DNA of 41,031 nt from Candidatus Yanofskybacteria bacterium RIFCSPHIGHO2_12_FULL_45_19b. GTDB lineage: Bacteria > Patescibacteriota > Minisyncoccia > 2-02-FULL-40-12 > IGHO2-12-FULL-4. The notes beneath the pieces are model-generated. The model was not told the DNA's origin and made no database searches. It saw only the letters and a list, made by a program, of their open reading frames with translations. Positions within the stretch are counted from its first letter, which is position 1; each line of letters opens with the position of its first letter. The stretch is from NCBI GenBank assembly GCA_001794605.1, contig MGKD01000023.1, forward strand, positions 1 to 41,031, read 5' to 3'. The translations under genes were made by a program, and so were the position numbers. Positions 1-10,300 of the stretch are shown in pieces.

Positions 1-87
1 ATAATGCAAGAGAAGAATTTATTAAAAGATATTAATACCGAAGAATATGCACTTGAGGGCTGAATTTAGGTAACTTATTGTGTTTTA

Positions 88-117
88 ATTATAACACTAA
101 AAAGCACCATCTGTCAA
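88..117 (-). promoter_or_regulatory. sigma70-type promoter firing leftwards out of the window
   Basis: Minus strand reads TTGACA-18 nt-TATAAT, with TG immediately upstream of the -10 (extended -10). Confidence 0.75.
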
Positions 118-120
118 GTA

Positions 121-159
121 TAACCTGAAAACCCTTGTTTTGTAAGGGTTTTCAGGTTA
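121..159. repeat. 16-bp perfect inverted repeat (hairpin or possible terminator)
   Basis: taacctgaaaaccctt ... aagggttttcaggtta. Confidence 0.8.
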
Positions 160-242
160 GTCGATTTTAAGCAGAGCCCTAGCCCCTCCCAAGGAGGCTC
201 GAGTTGGCTATCGTCAAAAACTAAGCGAAGCCCCGTCATTAT

Positions 243-275
243 CCCATCCCTTGAGGTTAAACCTCAAGGGATGGG
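243..275. repeat. near-perfect palindrome
   Basis: cccatcccttgaggtt-a-aacctcaagggatggg. Confidence 0.8.
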
Positions 276-447
276 CATGGCTAAAAAGCCCAAGGGTTTT
301 TAGGGGAAGTGTAGCCCTCGGCCTTTTGGTAGCTCCATTCAAAACCTGAGCGAGCCCCATTCCTCTGTCATTCGTCAAAGAGCTCTCTGTCTGTATAAAA
401 CCACGAGCCGATTGCAGTGGATCGGTGCTAAATAAATCAGAGATATA

Positions 448-472
448 GAAAAGCCCCTTAACGGGGCTTTTC
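448..472 (-). terminator. probable intrinsic terminator downstream of rpoC
   Basis: gaaaagcccc-ttaac-ggggcttttc hairpin with A/T tracts on both sides, about 100 nt after the rpoC stop. Confidence 0.6.
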
Positions 473-569
473 GGAAGAGGCTCGATTTTTTAGCTAGAGC
501 CACTAAATCGCGCAGTGAGTTTTATTAGACAGTGCGAGAGAATGGCAGAGGGATGGGGCGAGGCGAGGC

Positions 570-3500
570 CTATTCTACTTCCGGTTCTATCACACTCGGC
601 AACGATGCCCCATAGCCCGTACCAGCGGGGATGAGCCGACCGATGATCACATTCTCCTTGAGACCACGCAGGCGATCCTCTTTGCCTAAGACCGCGGCAT
701 CAATTAAGACCTTGGCAGTTTCTTGGAAGGAGGCGGCGGAGAGGAAGCTTTCGGTGGAAAGCGCCACCTTACTAATACCTAACAGAATTAACTCATAAGA
801 GGCCTCAGTGCCACCGGCCTGACGGGTAATTTCGTTTTGCTCTAAGACTTGACGGCGCTCCACAATATCCCCTGGCAACAAAACGGTATCGCCTGGATCT
901 AAGATGCGGGCACGCGAGGTCATCTGACGAACGATTAACTCCACGTGTTTGTTGTTAATACCTTCACCAGTGGAGAAGTAGACACTCTGTACCTCACGAA
1001 TAATGTAACGCGCGACGATACCAATATCTTTCACGGTATGGTAGAGTTCTTTGAGATCAAGGTGACCTTCACTTAACTGCTGACCAACCGTTACTAAGTC
1101 CCCTTCTTTTACCCACAAGGCCTGACCAAAGGGTACTACAAAGGTGCGCTCTTCGCCGGCACTAGTGAGCATGGTAATAGTATATTGTCGCCCGCTCTCT
1201 TTAATTTCTTTGACACTACCATCCACATCAGACAGACTAGCCTGCATGGCCGGCACACGGGCTTCAAAAATTTCTTCGACCCGCGGCAAGCCCATGGTAA
1301 TATCACCGCCACCGGCGACACCACCACTGTGGAAGGTACGCATCGTTAGCTGAGTACCTGGTTCACCGATCGCCTGCGCCGTAACAATACCGACGGCCTG
1401 ACCAATTTCGACTAAACGATTCTTAGACAGGTCGAAACCATAACAACGCTGACAAACGCCTTCGCGTGACTTGCAAGTAATCAATGAGCGAATTTTAACT
1501 TGCGGAATACCAGCGGCATCAATCTGCGCCGCCATTGCTTTATCAATTAATCCGCCCTTTTTAACAATCAAATTACCAGCTTTATCTTTAATGTCTTCCA
1601 GAGTGGTGCGGCCTTTGACGCGTTTGCCCAAAGTTTCACCCAAATGCTTACCCTCTTCCAGAAACATCATATAACCAACAGTGTCTTTACAATCGGCCTC
1701 ACGCACCACCACATCCTGAGCCACATCTACTAAACGACGGGTTAGGTAACCGGCTTGTGCGGTGTTCAAGGCAGTATCTACCAAACCTTTGCGTGCGCCG
1801 TGCGTAGATAAGAAGTATTCCAAAACGCTCAACCCTTCCTTGAACGAACCCTTGACTGGCAACTCAATAATTTCACCGCTCGGGTTAGTCATTAAACCGC
1901 GCATACCGACTAGCTGGTTAACCGTAGACCAAGTACCGCGCGCGCCGGACTCTACCAAGATATAGACGGCATCTTCCGGTTTAAAGTTCTCTTTAATTTT
2001 CTTTTCTAAGTTAGCCTTGGTGTCAGTCCAAATTTCAATCGCCTTAGTTTTGCGTTCGTGTTCGGTTAAAAGACCTTGTTCATACAAAGCGTGACTTTCC
2101 TCTACTGCTTTCTCGGCTGCGGCAATCATCTCTGGTTTCTCTACTACACTATGCATGTCGTCCATGGAGAAAGAGACACCGGATAAAGTAGCATGATGGA
2201 AACCAAAATCTTTAATCCGGTTGAGCAAGCGCACGGCTTCCACTTCACCGCGTTCGTCTAAAATTTCCGCCTCCAGTCCCTTGAGCGATCCCTTGGCCAT
2301 GGTCTTGTTTAAGAAACGGAAATCTTCTGGTAGACCACTATTGAAAATCAGGCGACCAACTGTGGTTTCCAGCAAGCCAGACTTGTCTAGTTCTTTTTCA
2401 TCAATCTTTTTAGCCGGTGGCACCTTAATTTTGGCACGTAGATCAACAAAACCATTTTCGTGAGCCATTAAGGCCTCGGGCATTGAGGAGAAGATTTTAC
2501 CCTCGCCCTTTAACCCATCAATCATCTGGGTTAGGTAGAAGCAACCAAACACCATGTCTTTCGATGGGGCCGCGACTGGTTCACCCGTGGAAGGCTTCAA
2601 AATGGCATGACTAGCTAACATCAACTCACGCGCCTCAGTTTGCGCCTCTTCGGTTAAGGGTAAGTGGACGGCCATCTGGTCACCATCGAAGTCAGCGTTA
2701 AAAGCGGCAGTCGGCAAGGCTGGAATCTTAATGGCCTTACCTTCAATTAAAATGGGTTTAAAAGCCTGCACACCCAGGCGGTGCAAAGTCGGAGCACGGT
2801 TTAGCAGGACTAGTTTATTTTCGATTGACTCTTCCAGGGCCTTCCACACTTCTGGAGTTTGCTGATCAATTAAACGATTGGCGGAACGAATGTTGTGCGC
2901 CAGGTCAGCTTTAATTAAACGGTGTACCACGAATGGTTTAAACAACTCCAAAGCCAAGTGTTTTGGTAAACCACACTCATCAATATCTAAATCCGAACCG
3001 ATCACAATCACGCTACGGCCGGAGTAATCCACCCGTTTACCGAGCAGGTTCTGACGGAAGCGGCCCGTCTTACCCTTCAACATGTCAGACAAAGACTTAA
3101 GCGCCCGTTTTTGGCCAGTCGAGGCCGAGATCATAGTCTGACCACGACGCATGGAGTTATCAATCAAGGCATCTACTGCTTCTTGCAACATGCGCTTCTC
3201 GTTCTTCATGATAACCTCTGGCGCGCGCAACTCGAGCAAGTGTTTCAAACGATTGTTACGATTAATCACGCGGCGGTATAAGTCATTTAAATCAGCCGTG
3301 GCAAAACGACCACCATCCAGCGGTACCATGGGGCGAAGCGCTGGCGGGATCACTGGCAAGATCTCCATGATCATCCACTCCGGACGAATGTTATTCTTGT
3401 GCATCCCACGCAACAATTTTAAGCGACGCAGCAATTTTTTACGCAGATTGGGGTTATCGGTAATTTTTAGATCGGACTCGCTACGGTCAGCTTCCGCTAC

Positions 3501-4160
3501 TAAATCCATTTCCGCCAACAATTTGCGAATAGCCTCAGCACCAATTCCCGCCTCAAATACCTCACCATATTTCAACGACAAATCCCTGAACTCTAGTTCA
3601 GACAAGACTTGGTACTTGGTGATATTGCGCAGATTGCCGCGTTCACGATCTTTTTGCTCTTTGATCTTAATCGCTTCAGCTTCATCAGTGGCGTTTTTGA
3701 TCTTAGAACGAAACTCGCCTTCAATTTTTTTCATCGCCTCGGCTTTCAACTCATCATTGACCCGCATCACGATATAGCTGGCAAAGTAAACGACTTTTTC
3801 GACATCAGCCAAAGAAGCCTCCAGGGCCATGGCTACCTTGGAAGGCACGCCACGTAAAAACCAAATATGCGCCACTGGACTAGCTAGTTTAATATGGCCC
3901 ATGCGCTCACGTCGCACAATCGAGCGAGTGACCTCAACCCCACAACGATCACAAATAATTCCCTTATAGCGAATGCGCTTATATTTACCACAGTAACACT
4001 CCCAGTCTTTCATCGGACCAAAAATCGGCTCAGAAAAGAGGCCATCTTTTTCCGGCTTAGCGGTACGGTAGTTAATCGTCTCCGGCTTGGTTACCTCACC
4101 GTAAGACCACTCCAAGATTTCATCCGATGAAGCAATTTTAAGTTTGAGTGACGGATTCAT
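570..4160 (-). CDS. rpoC: RNA polymerase beta' subunit
   Basis: NADFDGDQMAVH catalytic motif, N-terminal Zn finger CYCGKYK...CDRC, and GEPGTQLTMRTFH. Confidence 0.99.
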   Translation of the reverse strand: MNPSLKLKIASSDEILEWSYGEVTKPETINYRTAKPEKDGLFSEPIFGPMKDWECYCGKYKRIRYKGIICDRCGVEVTRSIVRRERMGHIKLASPVAHIWFLRGVPSKVAMALEASLADVEKVVYFASYIVMRVNDELKAEAMKKIEGEFRSKIKNATDEAEAIKIKEQKDRERGNLRNITKYQVLSELEFRDLSLKYGEVFEAGIGAEAIRKLLAEMDLVAEADRSESDLKITDNPNLRKKLLRRLKLLRGMHKNNIRPEWMIMEILPVIPPALRPMVPLDGGRFATADLNDLYRRVINRNNRLKHLLELRAPEVIMKNEKRMLQEAVDALIDNSMRRGQTMISASTGQKRALKSLSDMLKGKTGRFRQNLLGKRVDYSGRSVIVIGSDLDIDECGLPKHLALELFKPFVVHRLIKADLAHNIRSANRLIDQQTPEVWKALEESIENKLVLLNRAPTLHRLGVQAFKPILIEGKAIKIPALPTAAFNADFDGDQMAVHLPLTEEAQTEARELMLASHAILKPSTGEPVAAPSKDMVFGCFYLTQMIDGLKGEGKIFSSMPEALMAHENGFVDLRAKIKVPPAKKIDEKELDKSGLLETTVGRLIFNSGLPEDFRFLNKTMAKGSLKGLEAEILDERGEVEAVRLLNRIKDFGFHHATLSGVSFSMDDMHSVVEKPEMIAAAEKAVEESHALYEQGLLTEHERKTKAIEIWTDTKANLEKKIKENFKPEDAVYILVESGARGTWSTVNQLVGMRGLMTNPSGEIIELPVKGSFKEGLSVLEYFLSTHGARKGLVDTALNTAQAGYLTRRLVDVAQDVVVREADCKDTVGYMMFLEEGKHLGETLGKRVKGRTTLEDIKDKAGNLIVKKGGLIDKAMAAQIDAAGIPQVKIRSLITCKSREGVCQRCYGFDLSKNRLVEIGQAVGIVTAQAIGEPGTQLTMRTFHSGGVAGGGDITMGLPRVEEIFEARVPAMQASLSDVDGSVKEIKESGRQYTITMLTSAGEERTFVVPFGQALWVKEGDLVTVGQQLSEGHLDLKELYHTVKDIGIVARYIIREVQSVYFSTGEGINNKHVELIVRQMTSRARILDPGDTVLLPGDIVERRQVLEQNEITRQAGGTEASYELILLGISKVALSTESFLSAASFQETAKVLIDAAVLGKEDRLRGLKENVIIGRLIPAGTGYGASLPSVIEPEVE

Positions 4161-4162
4161 AA

Positions 4163-4246
4163 TTACAAATTTACGAATGGACTCTAATCTACGAATAAAG
4201 TCTCTTTCGGTATTAGTACATTTGGATTAATTAGTAAATTAGTGTG
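4163..4246. repeat. AT-rich hairpin repeat (tacgaat/attagt family), copy 1
   Basis: Closely matches 39010-39088 (caaatttacgaat...ggattaattagtaaattag). Confidence 0.8.
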
Positions 4247-7200
4247 TTAGTGTTCAATTAATTCAACACTCAAGCCCAAGCCTTTAATTTCAGAAAGTAA
4301 AACTTTGAAAGATTCTGGTAAGTGTGGCGCCTTAATCTCTTCACCGTTAACAATCGATTCGTAGGTTTTAGCACGACCCAAAACATCGTCGGATTTAATA
4401 GTTAGCATTTCCTGTAAAGTATGCGCGGCGCCATAACCTTCTAGGGCCCACACTTCCATTTCTCCAAAACGCTGACCACCAAACTGGGCTTTACCGCCTA
4501 ACGGCTGTTGAGTAATCAACGAGTACGGACCGACCGAGCGCATATGTAGCTTGTCTTCCACCATGTGACTTAGTTTCAGGAAGTAAATCATGCCAACAGT
4601 AGAAGGATGGCTAAATGGCAAGCCCGTTTTTCCATCATACAATTGCGCCTTACCATTCTCGGGTAGACCGGCCTTTTTCAGCTCATCGCGAATCGCCTGC
4701 TCAGTTGGACCAGCCATGGCTGGTACGGCCGCCTTGTAGCCCAAGATTTGTGCCGCCCAACCTAAGTGCGTCTCCAGCACCTGACCGATGTTCATACGCG
4801 AGATAATACCGAGCGGACTGAGCACGATATCGACTTGGCGACCATCGGCCAAGAAAGGCATTTCTTCGTCTGGCAAGATGGTGGAGATGACACCCTTGTT
4901 ACCATGACGACCAGCTAGTTTGTCTCCCACCTGAATCTTGCGCAGTTGAGCAACAGAAACCTGGATAGTCTTAATGACGCCGGCCTGTAGCTTATCGCCC
5001 TGATCACGCGAGAATACCTTAATACCAACCACGCGACCCTGTTTACCATAATCCAAGCGCAGTGAGCTATCTTTTACATCGCGAGATTTTTCGCCAAAGA
5101 TGGCGCGCAGTAAACGCTCTTCGGAAGTTAGATCGCTCTCGCCTTTGGGAGAAATCTTACCAACCAAAATATCCTGCGAACGCACCTCCGCACCGATACG
5201 CACCACCCCATCGGGATCAAGATCTTTTAGACGCTCCTCACCAACATTTGGAATATCGTAGGTAGTTAATTCTGGACCCAGCTTGGTCTCACGTACATCA
5301 ACTGAGTATTCTTCGATATAAACCGAGGAGAGTACGTCCTGTTTGACCATTCGATCAGACAAAACAATCGCGTCTTCAAAATTTAAACCTTCAAAGGACA
5401 GGAAGGCCACCAATAGGTTGGTGCCTAACGCCAACTCACCACCATCGGTGGCCGGACCATCAGCAATAATCTGGTGCTTCTTTACTTTATCGCCTTTATT
5501 CACCAACGGTCGCTGACTAATACTGGTGAAAGCATTGGATTTAAGAAACTTAATTAATTGATAATCATGTTTCTTACCATCATCACCTTTGATACTAATA
5601 TGCGCGGCATCAACGCTTTCTACCACCCCATCCGCTTCAGCCACTACTACCAAACCAGAGTCACGCGCGACGGTTTCTTCTAAACCAGTACCAACATAAG
5701 GCGCCTGCGGATTAACTAGCGGTTGGGCCTGGCGTTGCATATTCGAACCCATCAAAGCACGGTTGGCATCATCATGTTCCAAGAAAGGAATCAATGAGGT
5801 GGCTGCCGAAAAAGGCTGTTTCGGTGAAACATCAATAAAGTCTAACTCTTCCGGAGAAACCAAACCGGGCTCACCCTGAATACGCGCCGCTACTCGTTCA
5901 TCTAAAATTTTACCGTCCGCTGAAATTTTCACACCAGCTGGCGCAACAATAAAACGTTCTTCTTCACTAGCGTCGAGATAAACAATTTCACTAGTGGTTT
6001 TTCCCTTAACCACTTTGCGATAAGGCGTGAGAATAAAACCTAATGGAGAAATCTTGGCATAAAGTGCCAAGTGGCCGACTAGACCAATATTTTGCCCCTC
6101 CGGAGTTTCAATCGGGCAGATCCGGCCATAGTGCGAAGGATGTACGTCACGCACGTCAAAACTGGCGCGCTCCTTGGTTAAACCGCCGGGACCAAGCGCA
6201 GACAAGAGTCGCTTGTGTTCTAACTCGGACAGGGGATTAAACTGGTCCATGAATTGAGAGAGTTGGCCAGAGGAAAAGAATTCTTTCAAGCGCGCCACAA
6301 ATGGACGCGGGTTAATTAACTGCGAAGGTAGGACTGTATCGGTATCCAGCGTACTCATGCGGTCTTTGATAATACGCTCAGTCTGCGCAAAGGCGACACG
6401 CATCTTATCTTGTAGCAGCTCACCCAAAACCTTAACGCGACGATTACCAAGATGGTCAATATTATCAGGACGAGCAGAGGGGTTGTTATTTAAACGGATA
6501 ATTTCGCGAACGGTATTAATTACATCCTCCGGTTTGAGGGTACGCTCAGTTTCGGTTAGCTCATAGTTAGTAGCAAAACGCTGGTTGAGACGATGACGGC
6601 CAACGCGCGACAAGTCATAGCGAGCGAAGTTGAAGAACATGTTATGAATCATTTGGCGAGAGTTTTCCGCGGTGGCCAAATCACCCGGACGAATACGACG
6701 ATAGACCTCGGCCAAGCCCTCACTCTCGGAAGCGGCTGGATCCTGAGCCATGGTGGCCATGACAAATTTCATCTGATCGTCGGTATCAACATCTGACAAA
6801 ACTTTTTTCAGTTGCTCGTCAGTACCAATGCCGAAGGCGCGCAATAGCGTGGTGACCGGCAGTTTGCGCTTACGATCAATGCGCGCACTAATGGTGCCAT
6901 TTGACTCGGTTTCAAACTCTAACCAAGCACCGCGGGAAGGAATCAACTTGGCACCAAAAAGATTTTTCGCACCGGCCAGGCGCGAATAACTGAAGAAAAT
7001 ACCTGGACTGCGAATCAGCTGTGAGATAACTACCCGCTCCACGCCATTGATAATAAAAGTCCCGCGTGGGGTCATAAGCGGGAAATCTCCCAAATACAAT
7101 TCTTGGTTAGTGACCTGACCAGTGCGCTTATTGCGCAGTTCTATTTTGATGCGTAAAGGCGCCTCGTAGGTAACATTTTTTTCACGCGCAGTGCGCTCGT

Positions 7201-7426
7201 CAAATTTCGACTTTTCTAGGGTATAGTCCTGAAAGTAGAGTTCATATTCCTTCTCGGTCCAATCTCGAACCGGAGAAATCTCTTTTAGCAACTCCTTCAG
7301 ACCGTGTTCTAAAAACCACTGATAGGAGTCGAGCTGGACCTGAGCTAAGCTGGGACCAGTAAAACTATCCGGTGCGTATTTGGAGAAAAGTTTACGATTA
7401 GCCATAGGCGAAGGGTGGGCTACCAT
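4247..7426 (-). CDS. rpoB: RNA polymerase beta subunit
   Basis: GDKLAGRHGNKG, GGQRFGEMEVWALE, RICPIETPEG. The start could be 7405. Confidence 0.99.
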   Translation of the reverse strand: MVAHPSPMANRKLFSKYAPDSFTGPSLAQVQLDSYQWFLEHGLKELLKEISPVRDWTEKEYELYFQDYTLEKSKFDERTAREKNVTYEAPLRIKIELRNKRTGQVTNQELYLGDFPLMTPRGTFIINGVERVVISQLIRSPGIFFSYSRLAGAKNLFGAKLIPSRGAWLEFETESNGTISARIDRKRKLPVTTLLRAFGIGTDEQLKKVLSDVDTDDQMKFVMATMAQDPAASESEGLAEVYRRIRPGDLATAENSRQMIHNMFFNFARYDLSRVGRHRLNQRFATNYELTETERTLKPEDVINTVREIIRLNNNPSARPDNIDHLGNRRVKVLGELLQDKMRVAFAQTERIIKDRMSTLDTDTVLPSQLINPRPFVARLKEFFSSGQLSQFMDQFNPLSELEHKRLLSALGPGGLTKERASFDVRDVHPSHYGRICPIETPEGQNIGLVGHLALYAKISPLGFILTPYRKVVKGKTTSEIVYLDASEEERFIVAPAGVKISADGKILDERVAARIQGEPGLVSPEELDFIDVSPKQPFSAATSLIPFLEHDDANRALMGSNMQRQAQPLVNPQAPYVGTGLEETVARDSGLVVVAEADGVVESVDAAHISIKGDDGKKHDYQLIKFLKSNAFTSISQRPLVNKGDKVKKHQIIADGPATDGGELALGTNLLVAFLSFEGLNFEDAIVLSDRMVKQDVLSSVYIEEYSVDVRETKLGPELTTYDIPNVGEERLKDLDPDGVVRIGAEVRSQDILVGKISPKGESDLTSEERLLRAIFGEKSRDVKDSSLRLDYGKQGRVVGIKVFSRDQGDKLQAGVIKTIQVSVAQLRKIQVGDKLAGRHGNKGVISTILPDEEMPFLADGRQVDIVLSPLGIISRMNIGQVLETHLGWAAQILGYKAAVPAMAGPTEQAIRDELKKAGLPENGKAQLYDGKTGLPFSHPSTVGMIYFLKLSHMVEDKLHMRSVGPYSLITQQPLGGKAQFGGQRFGEMEVWALEGYGAAHTLQEMLTIKSDDVLGRAKTYESIVNGEEIKAPHLPESFKVLLSEIKGLGLSVELIEH

Positions 7427-7595
7427 TTAACTAAATTTTTGGCGGCAAAAAGACAAAACGGGCAACAACGGTCCGGTAAAATTTGTCCCTGATTAATTTT
7501 GTTCAGCCATCAGCAAGTTAATCAAAAAAAACTTGGCTTTAGTTGATCACCTAAATACTTAAGTCTTAGCCTTACTTTAGGGCTTAAATCATCAA

Positions 7596-7868
7596 CTATT
7601 TCAATCCGCTCAACACCGCCTGGGCAATTTGGTAGCTTAAACTACACCGCGAAACCCTACCCATGATTTGGTAGGTTTTAAAAGAGATTAAACTCATTGT
7701 ATTCTTTAATAAAAGCTTGTCAAGGGTTAATAACAGTAGCTGGTCCAGATCCCGGTTAAAGCTGAAGGCTTCACTGGCGATTAATTTTCGTTCGCTCAAG
7801 ATAGACAGTTCACCTCTAGACTGATCAATAAATTTTAATTTTAGCTTAAAATTCTTATTTTCTGACAT
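7596..7868 (-). CDS. small hypothetical protein, loosely resembling a truncated TsaB N-terminal domain
   Basis: 90-aa ORF 6 nt downstream of rodA. The resemblance was judged by eye only. Confidence 0.55.
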   Translation of the reverse strand: MSENKNFKLKLKFIDQSRGELSILSERKLIASEAFSFNRDLDQLLLLTLDKLLLKNTMSLISFKTYQIMGRVSRCSLSYQIAQAVLSGLK

Positions 7869-7874
7869 ATGGTA

Positions 7875-9014
7875 TCATTGCGTACGCCGATAGATACTCT
7901 GCACCAGCCCTAACCCGATAGCGGTAGACAAAAGGAAACTACCGCCATAACTGATAAAAGGAAAGGGTATGCCGGTAATCGGCAAAACCCCGAGATTCAT
8001 GCCGGCGTTAATTAATACGTGGCTAAAAACAAAAATCATCAAACCGATGGTAAACAGTTTAGCAAAATTATTACCGGCGGAAAAACCAATCTTCCCTACT
8101 CGCCAGAGTAGATAGAATACTAACCCAAGTAATGTGCTACTGCCAATCCAGCCAAATTGCTCCGCTAGGGCGGCAAAAGCAAAATCTGTGTGTGCTTCCG
8201 GCAAAAATCCAAAACGGGCCTGACCACCCTGCCCCCAGCCAGTCCCTCGCCAGCCGCCAGAACCAATTGCTATACGAGACTGGATAATACTATAACCCTC
8301 CCCTTTTGGATCAAGATAAGGATTAATAAAAGAGACTATTCTGCCTTTTTGGTAAGGTGCCAAAAAATAAAACCAGGCCACTACCACTAACAGCATACCA
8401 ATGGCAATAACCACTAATAGGTGGCGCCGTTTAATGCCAGCCGCTAAGAGCATCCCCAACCAAATTATAATCGCCACCGCCGCTGAGCCAAGATCTGGTT
8501 GTAATAAAATTAGTCCGGCTGGTAGAGCGACATAAATTCCTGAAACAATGATATGGTAGATGCGATAAATTTCAACATGTTTTTGTGAAAAATATTTGGC
8601 CAACAAAATCACTATCGCCAGCTTAGCTAGTTCCGATGGCTCGAGACGTAAAGCCCCCAAACTAATCCAGGCACGGATTCCTCTGATTGAACCAGAAATT
8701 AACGAGGTAGAAATTAATAACAACGTGATGCCATAGAAAATTACTACCGGCGTAGAATAATTTTTAAAGATTCGGTAATCAAATAAGGCAAACAAAATCA
8801 TCACCACCAAACCGATGCCGATAAAAATTAACTGCTTATGCCAGAAAGTGGTCTGCACCTCTCCTCCGGCCATTGCCAAAATGCCAAACAAATTTAATCC
8901 TAACCAAGTTAGGGCTAACGGCCAGTCGAATGAGTGCCGTAAACGGCTCCAGCCACTACGGGTAAAATTGCTGAAATTTTTCTGGTTGACCGTAACGCCG
9001 GATGAAATTTGCAT
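7875..9014 (-). CDS. rodA: SEDS-family rod shape-determining protein RodA
   Basis: EPSELAKL, LQPDLGSA, IAIGSGG, LPEAHTDF, PITGIPFPFISYGGS. Start uncertain; it overlaps the upstream gene. Confidence 0.93.
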   Translation of the reverse strand: MQISSGVTVNQKNFSNFTRSGWSRLRHSFDWPLALTWLGLNLFGILAMAGGEVQTTFWHKQLIFIGIGLVVMILFALFDYRIFKNYSTPVVIFYGITLLLISTSLISGSIRGIRAWISLGALRLEPSELAKLAIVILLAKYFSQKHVEIYRIYHIIVSGIYVALPAGLILLQPDLGSAAVAIIIWLGMLLAAGIKRRHLLVVIAIGMLLVVVAWFYFLAPYQKGRIVSFINPYLDPKGEGYSIIQSRIAIGSGGWRGTGWGQGGQARFGFLPEAHTDFAFAALAEQFGWIGSSTLLGLVFYLLWRVGKIGFSAGNNFAKLFTIGLMIFVFSHVLINAGMNLGVLPITGIPFPFISYGGSFLLSTAIGLGLVQSIYRRTQ

Positions 9015-9792
9015 CTTGGAAAATATTAGTACCGACCTCAATATCTACTCGCTCAGGGGTGCCGCTAACTGGCGGGGTCTGCCAAAAAACTAGAAAACCA
9101 TTGTCTTGCTTGGGTGAAGAAGTACGCACCCCAGTCTGATTAGCCGCCACCGGTACCCCATTCTCGAACAACACCACTACCAAGTCAACCTGCTCCAATG
9201 CCAAATCGCTATCGTTGCGCATAGTACCGGACAGTTCAGCTGCCCGGCCCGGTTGAGTACTTAGGTGATAATCGTAATTTTTTACCACCAAACGTAAGTT
9301 CTGGCTAAAGTCATTACTAGCCAACTGCCAATCAGCGGAAAGAATTTTCACCTCGGCTCGGGTAGCAATTGTTTTGATTGTCGGCAGAGCGAAATAGACG
9401 TATTTAGTCTGCCCAGGCAGAATGTAAAAATCCCCAGATTGAGCGGAAACAACCACGCCGGTTTGGTCGTAAAGATTTAACTGATAAACTGTACTGCCGG
9501 AACCAAAATTAGGATTGCTATTGGTTACCCGAAACAACACATCATAGCTCACCCCCGCCGCGGTACTGCCAGCATTGATTAGCCAGGTATCTTTAATTTT
9601 CAGCGGGGCTAGACTGGGAGTGCAAAGTTTGGCACAGATTCCACCACAATCTACACCGGCTTCATTTTGATTTTGAATGTTGTCGAAACAAGTGACTATC
9701 GGAGTAGATAGTAGACGCAAACCTAAGAATAACAAAACAATAATTGCTAGAAAGACTAGACCAATGAGTGACTGTTTAACCGGCCGTTGCAT
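8956..9792 (-). CDS. membrane-anchored hypothetical protein with Cys-rich CFDNIQNQNE-GVDCGG-C motif and FxLYD-like beta domains
   Basis: N-terminal TM helix, Cys motif, LNLYD motif. ATG at 9792 lies 7 nt after TATAAT. Confidence 0.8.
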   Translation of the reverse strand: MQRPVKQSLIGLVFLAIIVLLFLGLRLLSTPIVTCFDNIQNQNEAGVDCGGICAKLCTPSLAPLKIKDTWLINAGSTAAGVSYDVLFRVTNSNPNFGSGSTVYQLNLYDQTGVVVSAQSGDFYILPGQTKYVYFALPTIKTIATRAEVKILSADWQLASNDFSQNLRLVVKNYDYHLSTQPGRAAELSGTMRNDSDLALEQVDLVVVLFENGVPVAANQTGVRTSSPKQDNGFLVFWQTPPVSGTPERVDIEVGTNIFQDANFIRRYGQPEKFQQFYP

Positions 9793-9828
9793 TGGTCTAA
9801 TTATAAAACAAAGCGTAGCCACATTAAA

Positions 9829-9859
9829 GCATCAACCCCGCTGAGGGCGGGGTTGATGC
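9829..9859 (-). terminator. rRNA (23S-5S) terminator
   Basis: gcatcaaccccgc-tgagg-gcggggttgatgc 13-bp stem just 3' of 5S, followed by a short T run on the minus strand. Confidence 0.85.
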
Positions 9860-9877
9860 GGAAAGTAAAATTAAAGC

Positions 9878-9998
9878 CTGAGTTCTGGCGACTACCTACT
9901 TTTGCGGATGTACCGCTATCATCGGCCTTGGCGCCTTTCACTACTGAGTTCGGAATGGGATCAGGTGGGACAACGCCGGTATTATCACCAGAACTCAG
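9878..9998 (-). rRNA. rrf: 5S rRNA
   Basis: Paired ends ctgagttctgg/ccagaactcag and conserved CCCATTCCGAAC on the minus strand. Confidence 0.95.
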
Positions 9999-10300
9999 AC
10001 TTTAATTTATTAATGTTATCCAAATATATCACAACGATAGCAAAGTTTTAATTGCCTTGCTGCGCGATTTAATCTTGTAAGGAATAGGATCGATTAGTAA
10101 CTCTCGGCTGAACACCTTACGGTGCTTACACCTGAGTCCTATCAACGTGATAATCTCTCACGGATCTACGATACCTAATCTTGGGGCCCGTTTCGCGCTT
10201 ATATGCTTTCAGCGCTTATCGGCACTAAACATAGCTACCCAGCAGTGCTCTTGGCAGAACAACTGGTACACCAGAGGTTTATTCATCTCGGTCCTCTCGT

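Noticed and set aside
1-63. Possible 3' end of a plus-strand ORF (...EEYALEG stop)
   Set aside because: Too short to support. A strong minus-strand promoter at 88-117 suggests this is the leader of a gene left of the window.
1136-6796. Antisense and alternate-frame ORFs within rpoB and rpoC
   Set aside because: Shadow ORFs of conserved genes.
8956-9041. Programmed frameshift or fusion between the FxLYD-like gene and rodA
   Set aside because: A 59-nt overlap from the ATG at 9014 explains it; no slippery site was identified.
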